This document shows, one piece after another, positions 28,348-35,201 of a DNA stretch of 64,000 nt (its first letter is position 1; each line of letters begins with the position of its first letter). The stretch is from Azospirillum brasilense (GTDB lineage: Bacteria > Pseudomonadota > Alphaproteobacteria > Rickettsiales > UBA3002). Position numbers and translations under genes: made by a program. The stretch is taken from NCBI GenBank assembly GCA_003241645.1, contig QFOX01000003.1, positions 1,500 through 65,499 on the forward strand, written 5' to 3'. Below the pieces are notes generated by a model. The model was given only the letters and a program-made list of their open reading frames with translations, did no database searches and had not been told where the DNA came from.

Positions 28348-28641
28348 ATGAACATGTTTCTTTACCTCGCGGTGATCAACGCACTCACCTTCGCCACCTA
28401 CTGGCTGGACAAACGCGCCGCCAAACGGTCCGGTGCACGCCGCATTCCTGAGGCCACGCTGCTGTTGCAGGGCTTCCTCGGCGGCACGCCTGCGGCGCTC
28501 GTCGCCCAGCGCCTGCTGCGCCACAAGAACCGCAAGCGGGCCTTCCAGTTCAAGTTCTGGGCCATCACCTTTGTGCAGCTTGCCCTGCTGCTGATGCCGC
28601 CGCCGGTGGTGCAGCGCCTGCTGCAGGCAGCGTTTTACTAA
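28348..28641 (+). CDS. DUF1294 membrane protein
   Basis: LAVINALTFATYWLDKRAAKRSGARRIPEATLLLQGFLGGTPAALVAQRLLRHK is the DUF1294 signature (W.DK..A......RIPE..L......GG..GA......RHK). Confidence 0.75.
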   Translation: MNMFLYLAVINALTFATYWLDKRAAKRSGARRIPEATLLLQGFLGGTPAALVAQRLLRHKNRKRAFQFKFWAITFVQLALLLMPPPVVQRLLQAAFY

Positions 28642-28682
28642 AATTAAGCGAAAATTAAAGATTCAGGCGTAGGGTCATCTTT

Positions 28683-28973
28683 ATGCCGCTCACCGTCCTT
28701 TTATTTTACCTCATCGCCGTGAACCTGATCGCCAGCTATATTTTCTGGCTGGACTGGCGCTATGCGAAGCACAAGCTCGGTGCGGGCGAGATCCCCGACC
28801 GAACGTTCCTTGCGATCAGCCTGCTGGGCGGGGCATGGGGCATCGTGCTCATGCAAAGCCTGCTGCGGCACCGCATTTTCCGCCGCCGTTCGTTCATCAA
28901 ATACCGCCTGGCGCTCGCCATGCAACTGATCGTGGCCGGCGTGTACGCCGCCTTTCCGTTGACGCAAATCTAG
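28683..28973 (+). CDS. DUF1294 membrane protein (tandem paralogue)
   Basis: LIAVNLIASYIFWLDWRYAKHKLGAGEIPDRTFLAISLLGGAWGIVLMQSLLRHR follows the same pattern as the preceding gene. Confidence 0.7.
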   Translation: MPLTVLLFYLIAVNLIASYIFWLDWRYAKHKLGAGEIPDRTFLAISLLGGAWGIVLMQSLLRHRIFRRRSFIKYRLALAMQLIVAGVYAAFPLTQI

Positions 28974-29102
28974 CCGCGTCGCCACGATAAAACTGCCACA
29001 GGTTCCGCTACAATTTTATCTATGCTGCGGGTGCAAAGCGATTGCTTTCATTACGCCGAATTTTGCCCTATATATAAAGACGTAACGAGAAATTGAGGTT
29101 CT

Positions 29103-30227
29103 ATGTCGCAGGCAGTGATTGTTGGTTATGTGCGTTCTCCGTTCACCCTCTCCAACAAGGGCGCCCTTGCCGGCACACGGCCTGATGATATTGCCACCGA
29201 AGTGGTCAAGGCGCTGGTCGCGCGCACGGGTGTGAACACACAGGATATCGACGATCTGCTCATGGGCTGTGCCTTCCCCGAAGGCGAGCAGGGTTTCAAC
29301 ATTGGCCGCATGGTGGCGTTGCAGGCAGGCCTGCCGCAGACCGTGGCGGGTGCCACCATCAACCGCTGGTGCGGCTCGTCCATGGAAGCCATCCACATCG
29401 CGGCGGGCAACATTGCCAGCGGCAAGGGCGAGGTGTTCATCTGCGCGGGCGTCGAATCGATGACGCGCATTCCCATGGGCGGCTATAACCCGTTGCCCAA
29501 CCCGGTGCTGTTCCAGTCGCTGCCGGAGGCGTATATCAGCATGGGCCTGACGGCCGAGAACGTGGCCAAGCAATGCAACGTCAGCCGTGCCGATCAGGAG
29601 CAGTTCGCGCTCAACTCGCACAAAAAAGCCGCCGCGGCCGATATGTCCGGCGAGATCGTGCCCATTCCTACGAAGGTGGGCGTGGTGGAGAAGGACGGCA
29701 TCGTGCGCCCGAATTCCACGGCGGAGGATCTGGCCAAGTTGAACCCCGCGTTCGATGTGTACGGCACCGTGACCGCCGGCACCAGCAGCCCGCTGACCGA
29801 TGGCGCGGCCGCGGTGCTGGTCACCAGCGAAGCCTACGCCAAGAAACATAACCTGCCGGTGCTGGCGAAGATCAAATCCATGGCCGTGGTGGGCCTCGAC
29901 CCGAAAGTGATGGGGCTGGGCCCCGTTTATGCCGTGAACAAGGCGCTGGAGAAAGCGGGCTTGACCATCACCGATATCGACGTGGCGGAGATCAACGAAG
30001 CCTTCTCGGCGCAGGCCATTCCCTGCGGCCAGCAACTGGGCATTGCGCCGGAGAAACTGAACATCGAAGGCGGGGCGATCGCCATTGGCCACCCGCTGGG
30101 TGCGTCCGGCGCACGCATCACCGGCAAGGCCGCGTTGTTGCTGAAGCGCGGCGGCGGGAAATACGCCGTGTCGGCCGCCTGCATCGGCGGGGGCATGGGC
30201 ATTGCCACCGTGCTGGAGCGCGCGTAA
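29103..30227 (+). CDS. fadA: acetyl-CoA C-acyltransferase (3-ketoacyl-CoA thiolase)
   Basis: Motifs are INRWCGSSMEAI (active Cys), the NEAFSAQ region and GGAIAIGHPLGASGARI. Confidence 0.9.
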   Translation: MSQAVIVGYVRSPFTLSNKGALAGTRPDDIATEVVKALVARTGVNTQDIDDLLMGCAFPEGEQGFNIGRMVALQAGLPQTVAGATINRWCGSSMEAIHIAAGNIASGKGEVFICAGVESMTRIPMGGYNPLPNPVLFQSLPEAYISMGLTAENVAKQCNVSRADQEQFALNSHKKAAAADMSGEIVPIPTKVGVVEKDGIVRPNSTAEDLAKLNPAFDVYGTVTAGTSSPLTDGAAAVLVTSEAYAKKHNLPVLAKIKSMAVVGLDPKVMGLGPVYAVNKALEKAGLTITDIDVAEINEAFSAQAIPCGQQLGIAPEKLNIEGGAIAIGHPLGASGARITGKAALLLKRGGGKYAVSAACIGGGMGIATVLERA

Positions 30228-30559
30228 TGCGTACGCTGCGTGTGATGAGTGCGGTGTGGCTGTGCGCGCTGGCGCTGCCTGCTGCGGCCGCCGTCGATAA
30301 CCGTTGCGACGATTTTCACGCCAACCAGACCATGGCCACGCTGAAGACCGAGCAATGGCCAGGCTGCCGCACCGACCGGGACTGCGTGGCCGTGCAAAGC
30401 CTGTGTGGCCAGACCATTGCCATCAACAAAGCGTTCCAGAAAGAGCATGCGCTGTTCGCGCTATGCACGGCGCCCATGGTGAAGTGTGCGCCCACCAAAC
30501 CCATGAATAAGCCGGTGGTGCGTTGCGTTGAGCAGCGCTGCACGGCCCACGAAGGATAA
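30227..30559 (+). CDS. small secreted cysteine-rich protein (8 Cys) embedded in the beta-oxidation operon
   Basis: Its ATG overlaps the fadA TAA (TAATG). Signal peptide is MRTLRVMSAVWLCALALPAAAA. The mature ~88 aa contain 8 Cys. I recognise no family. Confidence 0.55.
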   Translation: MRTLRVMSAVWLCALALPAAAAVDNRCDDFHANQTMATLKTEQWPGCRTDRDCVAVQSLCGQTIAINKAFQKEHALFALCTAPMVKCAPTKPMNKPVVRCVEQRCTAHEG

Positions 30560-30564
30560 TCCCC

Positions 30565-32952
30565 ATGGAAATTAAAAAAGTCGCGGTCCTTGGTTCCGGT
30601 GTCATGGGCTCGGGTATTGCGGGCGTCATCGCCAATGCGGGCATTCCCGTGCTGCTGCTGGATATTGTGCCCAAGGAAGGCCCGCGCAACGCGCTGGCCG
30701 AAGCCGCCATCGAGAAGCAAAGCAAGGGCGGAACCCCCGGTTTCGCCCACAAGAAATTCGCCAAACTCGTCACCCCCGGTAATTTCGATGACGACCTCGC
30801 GAAGCTCGCCGAATGCGACTGGATCGTCGAGGTGGTGGTCGAAAAACTGGAAGTGAAGCAGGACGTGTACCGCAAGATCGACGCGGTGCGCAAAAAAGGC
30901 AGCATCGTTTCGTCGAACACTTCGACGCTGCCGCTGCACGTGCTCACCAATGGTCTGCCGCAAAGCTTCGCGGATGATTTCCTCATCACCCACTTCTTCA
31001 ACCCGCCGCGCTTCATGCGCCTGCTGGAAGTGCTGAAAAGCCCCGGCTTCGATGCCGCGCGGTTCGACGCGTTCTGCCACTTCGCCGACACGGTGCTGGG
31101 CAAAGGCGTGGTGCCGGTGAAAGACACGCCGGGCTTCCTCGCCAACCGCATTGGTGTGTACTGGATGACCGCGGGCCTGATCGAAGCGGTGAAACTCGGC
31201 ATCGCCGTGGAAGATGCCGACGCCGTGATGGGCAAGCCGCTGGGCTTCCCGAAGACCGGCATGTTCGGGCTGTATGATCTGATCGGCATCGACCTGATGC
31301 CGCTGATCGCCAAGGCGATGCTGGCAACCTTGCCGGAGCATGACGCATTCCGCACGCTGTATAACGTGCCGCCGCTGGTGGAGAAAATGATCGCCGATGG
31401 CTACACGGGCCGCAAAGGCAAGGGTGGCTTCTACCGCATGAACAAAGGCGAGGGCGGGAAGAAGACCCTCGAGGCACTGAACCTGACCACCGGCGAATAC
31501 GCACCGCAGAAAAAATCCAAACTCGAAAGCGTGGATGCCGCCAAAGCAGGGCTTGCTGCGCTGTTCGCCCACAAAGACATTGGCGGGCAATATGCCAGCG
31601 CCGTGATGCTGCAGACGCTGCATTACGCTGCGTCGCTCATTCCCGAGATTTCCGACGATATCCAATCCGTCGATGCCGCGATGAAGCTGGGCTATAACTG
31701 GAAATACGGCCCGTTCGAAATGATCGACCGACTGGCGATCGACGGCAAGAGTGGCACCGAAGTGTTCGCAGGCGCCCTGCAACAGGCCGGCATGAGCGTG
31801 CCGAAACTGATTCAGGAATCGCTCGGCAAGAAGCTGTATGCAGTGGATGCGGGCCGCGTGACCCAATTCAACATCGGCGGGCAATACGCGCCCGTGCCGG
31901 TACCCGAAGGCTCGCTGATGCTCGAAGACATCAAGCGCACCAGCAAGCCGGTGAAGAAGAATGTGTCCGCGCAGGTCTGGGATCTGGGCGATGGCGTGGC
32001 CTGCCTGGAGCTGACCAGCAAGCAGAACACGTGGGACCCCGAGAACCTGAAAATGGTGATGGAGCTGCCGCAACTGGTGCAGCAAAAAGGTTTCCGCGCC
32101 GTGGTCATCGGCTCCGACGCGGAGCATTTCAGTTTCGGTGCGAATATCGGCTATTTCCTGCTGGCCTGCAACACCGCCAGCTGGTGGGCGATCTCTGACA
32201 TGGTCAAACAAGGCCAGCAAGCCTTCATGGGCCTGAAATACGCGCCGTTCCCCGTGGTGTCGTCGCTTTCCGGCATGGCGCTGGGTGGCGGCTGCGAACT
32301 GCAACTGCATGTGGACGCCGTGCAGGCGCATATGGAATCCTACCCCGGGCTGGTGGAAGCAGGCATCGGCGTCATCCCCGGTTGGGGTGGCTGTAAGGAA
32401 CTTTTGCTGCGCCACATGGCTGCAGCAAATGCTGCACAAAAATCCATCGCCAAAGGGCAGAAGCCTACGCACCTCATCAGCGGTGGGCCCATGGGTGCCA
32501 TCAGCAAGGCGTTCGAGTATATCAGCATGGCGAAGGTCGCAGGCAGCGCTGCCGAAGCGCAGGACATGCTTATTCTCAACGGCGCCTCGCGCATCAGCGC
32601 CAACCGTCGCCGCGTGCTGGCGGATGCGAAGCAGCTGGCCCTGTCGCTGGCCGAGAATTACACCCCGCCCGAGCCGGTGACGGTGCGGCTGCCCGGCGCT
32701 TCGGGCAAGCTGGCGCTGGATATGGCGGTGGAAGGCTTCGTCAAATCCGGCAAGGCCACGCCGCACGACGTGGTGGTCTCCAGCCACCTCGCCACGGTGC
32801 TGACCGGCGGCGATACCGACATCACGCAGGAAGTGACCGAGCAGCAATTGCTGGACCTCGAGCACGACCATTTCATGGCGCTGTGCAAGACCGACGCGAC
32901 GCAAGCACGCATCGCGCACATGCTGAACACAAGCAAGCCATTGAGGAATTGA
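30565..32952 (+). CDS. fused 3-hydroxyacyl-CoA dehydrogenase / enoyl-CoA hydratase (dehydrogenase N-terminal, hydratase C-terminal)
   Basis: The N-terminal Rossmann motif is VAVLGSGVMGSGIAGVIA and the HAD core includes SNTSTLP. The C-terminal crotonase-like part reads FSFGANIG...GMALGGGCEL. Confidence 0.85.
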   Translation: MEIKKVAVLGSGVMGSGIAGVIANAGIPVLLLDIVPKEGPRNALAEAAIEKQSKGGTPGFAHKKFAKLVTPGNFDDDLAKLAECDWIVEVVVEKLEVKQDVYRKIDAVRKKGSIVSSNTSTLPLHVLTNGLPQSFADDFLITHFFNPPRFMRLLEVLKSPGFDAARFDAFCHFADTVLGKGVVPVKDTPGFLANRIGVYWMTAGLIEAVKLGIAVEDADAVMGKPLGFPKTGMFGLYDLIGIDLMPLIAKAMLATLPEHDAFRTLYNVPPLVEKMIADGYTGRKGKGGFYRMNKGEGGKKTLEALNLTTGEYAPQKKSKLESVDAAKAGLAALFAHKDIGGQYASAVMLQTLHYAASLIPEISDDIQSVDAAMKLGYNWKYGPFEMIDRLAIDGKSGTEVFAGALQQAGMSVPKLIQESLGKKLYAVDAGRVTQFNIGGQYAPVPVPEGSLMLEDIKRTSKPVKKNVSAQVWDLGDGVACLELTSKQNTWDPENLKMVMELPQLVQQKGFRAVVIGSDAEHFSFGANIGYFLLACNTASWWAISDMVKQGQQAFMGLKYAPFPVVSSLSGMALGGGCELQLHVDAVQAHMESYPGLVEAGIGVIPGWGGCKELLLRHMAAANAAQKSIAKGQKPTHLISGGPMGAISKAFEYISMAKVAGSAAEAQDMLILNGASRISANRRRVLADAKQLALSLAENYTPPEPVTVRLPGASGKLALDMAVEGFVKSGKATPHDVVVSSHLATVLTGGDTDITQEVTEQQLLDLEHDHFMALCKTDATQARIAHMLNTSKPLRN

Positions 32953-32956
32953 TTTT

Positions 32957-33016
32957 GTCATCCCTGCGAACGCAGGGATCCACGTACAAGGAGATTCCCG
33001 CTTTCGCGGGAATGAC
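32957..33016. repeat. 60-bp double-hairpin palindromic element (family C)
   Basis: GTCA-TCCCTGCGAACGCAGGGA-TCCACGTACAAGGAGA-TTCCCGCTTTCGCGGGAA-TGAC. The reverse translation contains the FPRKRES / IPAFAGMT strings seen as spurious ORFs in many proteobacterial genomes. Confidence 0.8.
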
Positions 33017-33030
33017 AAGGAGAAGAAAGA

Positions 33031-34803
33031 ATGCCCACCTATTCCGCACCGTTGAAAGACTACCAGTTCCTCATCGACCATTTCCTCGAACTGGATAAGC
33101 ATGCCGCCGTGAAGGGCTTCGCCGAAGCGCGCGACATGGCGACCCCGCTGCTGGAAGCCAGCGCGCAACTGTGCGAAGAGGTGCTGTTCCCGCTCAACCG
33201 CGTGGGCGACGTGCAGGGCCTGAAACTGAAAGACGGCGTGGTCACCACGCCCGACGGCTTCAAGGAAGCCTACCAGCAATACGCCGAAGGCGGCTGGAGC
33301 ACGCTGACCTGGCCGACCGAATATGGCGGGCAGGACCTGCCGGAATTCCTGAACATGCCCATGCTGGAAATGGTCTGCTCGGCCAACCTTTCGTTCGGAC
33401 TCACCCCGGGCCTGACCCATGGCGCGATCCACGCGCTGGTGGTCTATGGCACCGACGAGCAGAAGCAGAAATACCTGCCCAACATGATCTCCGGCAAATG
33501 GTCCGGCGTGATGTGCCTGACCGAACCCACGGCAGGCACCGACCTTGGCCTGCTGAAAACCCGGGCCACCCCGCAGGCGGATGGCACCTACCGCATCGAG
33601 GGTAACAAGATATTCATCTCCGCCGGCGAGCAGGACCAGACCGAGAACATCATGCATCTCGTGCTGGCCCGCCTGCCGGATGCGCCGAAGGGCAGCAAAG
33701 GCATTTCGCTGTTCCTCGTGCCGAAGGTGCTGGTGAATGATGATGGCTCGCTGGGTGCGCGCAATGCGTTCAGCTGCTCGGCCATCGAGCATAAAATGGG
33801 CATCCATGCGAGCCCGACCTGTGTGATGAACTATGACGGCGCCACCGGCTACCTCGTGGGCAAGCCGAACGAAGGCCTGAAAGCCATGTTCGTGATGATG
33901 AACACCGCGCGCCTGTATGTGGGCGTGCAGGGCCTTGGCGTGGGCGAGGCGGCCTACCAGAACGCGCTCGCCTACAGTAAGGAGCGCTTGCAGGGCCGCG
34001 CGCTTAGCGGGCCGAAATTCCCCGAGAAAGCGGCGGACCCCATCACCGTGCACCCGGACGTGCGGCGCATGCTGCACACCATGAAATGCTTCACCGAAGG
34101 CAGCCGCGCACTGGTCATGGAGACCGCGTTGCAGATCGACATTGCGCACCGCCACGAGGACCCCGCCATGCGCGAAGCGGCGGATGATTTTGTGCAGCTG
34201 GTCACCCCCATCCTCAAATCCACCCTCACCGATGGCGGGTTCGAGACCGCCAGCACCGCCATGCAGTGCTTCGGCGGCTATGGCTACATCGAGGAATACG
34301 GGGCCGCGCAATACCTGCGCGATGCGCGCATCCCCATGATCTATGAGGGCACCAACGGCGTGCAGGCGATGGATCTGGTGGGCCGCAAGCTGGGCTATGA
34401 TACGGGGCGTTACCTGAAGCGTTTCTTCCACCCGGTGGATGCGTTCATTGCCGAAAACCGTGACGATCCGGCCATGGCCGAATTCACCAAGCCGCTGAAG
34501 GTCCACACCAAATACCTGCAGCAAGCCACCATGTGGGTGGGTGCGATGGGGTTGGCCAACCCCAACCATGCGGGGGCCGGCGCGGTCGAATACCAGAAGA
34601 TGTTCAGCCTCGTGCTGTTCGCGTGGCTATTCGCGCGGCAAGCCAAACTGGCGCTGGCGCTTCGCGATCAAGATCCTGAATTCTATGATCAAAAGCTCGC
34701 GACCTGCCGGTTCTTCTTCGCCAAACTGTTGCCGCAGACCACGGGGCTGCTGGCCAGCATCACCGCCGGGGCCGACCCGGTGATGGCGGATGCCGGGTTT
34801 TAA
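33031..34803 (+). CDS. acyl-CoA dehydrogenase (long, ~590-aa type)
   Basis: Motifs are GGWSTLTWPTEYGGQ, CLTEPTAGTDLG, GNKIFISAGE and GGYGYIEEYGAAQYLRDARI. AAGGAG RBS lies at 33017-33022. Confidence 0.88.
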   Translation: MPTYSAPLKDYQFLIDHFLELDKHAAVKGFAEARDMATPLLEASAQLCEEVLFPLNRVGDVQGLKLKDGVVTTPDGFKEAYQQYAEGGWSTLTWPTEYGGQDLPEFLNMPMLEMVCSANLSFGLTPGLTHGAIHALVVYGTDEQKQKYLPNMISGKWSGVMCLTEPTAGTDLGLLKTRATPQADGTYRIEGNKIFISAGEQDQTENIMHLVLARLPDAPKGSKGISLFLVPKVLVNDDGSLGARNAFSCSAIEHKMGIHASPTCVMNYDGATGYLVGKPNEGLKAMFVMMNTARLYVGVQGLGVGEAAYQNALAYSKERLQGRALSGPKFPEKAADPITVHPDVRRMLHTMKCFTEGSRALVMETALQIDIAHRHEDPAMREAADDFVQLVTPILKSTLTDGGFETASTAMQCFGGYGYIEEYGAAQYLRDARIPMIYEGTNGVQAMDLVGRKLGYDTGRYLKRFFHPVDAFIAENRDDPAMAEFTKPLKVHTKYLQQATMWVGAMGLANPNHAGAGAVEYQKMFSLVLFAWLFARQAKLALALRDQDPEFYDQKLATCRFFFAKLLPQTTGLLASITAGADPVMADAGF

Positions 34804-34815
34804 AATACTGTAATA

Positions 34816-34941
34816 GAAGGGATATGCTATCCCTTCGTCGCCTGCAGCTCCTTACCCTTTTGGCTCCCGATGGTCGCCTCTTTTCGCTTTGCTCCAAGTC
34901 GTTCGCTGACGCTCACGGCTCGCGCCACTTCGGCGCTACGC
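34816..34941. repeat. GC-hairpin repeat (family R), long intergenic variant
   Basis: The 5' hairpin is GAAGGGATATGCTATCCCTTCG. The 3' block TTCGCTGACGCTCACGGCTCGCGCCACTTCGGCGCTACGC matches the mutY copy almost exactly. Confidence 0.7.
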
Positions 34942-35201
34942 ATGGCATGCGTCGGCGTTTTTATTTCAGAGGAGCGCAGTAGCGCGACCCAGCCATGAGC
35001 CAGCGAAGCTGCGCGTAGGCATCGCGCAGTACGCGCGATCTGCCGGAGCAACGGTTAACTGTCATCATATCTTAACAAACACACATCCCTTGTTTTGCTA
35101 TATTTGCAGTGAAGGAGTCTATGCGCTAGGCGGAAACTCCATAACTTAACGCAATATTTACCGCGTTCCCACAGAATGGAACCAAGGTAGGAGCAGGCAA
35201 G

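Noticed and set aside
30316-34569. 1417-aa ORF on the minus strand spanning the whole beta-oxidation operon
   Set aside because: It is antisense to three genes with unmistakable thiolase-operon homology. Its translation is the Arg/Gly/Ala/His/Val-rich low-information sequence typical of stop-free antisense frames in GC-rich DNA, and it has no recognisable motif.
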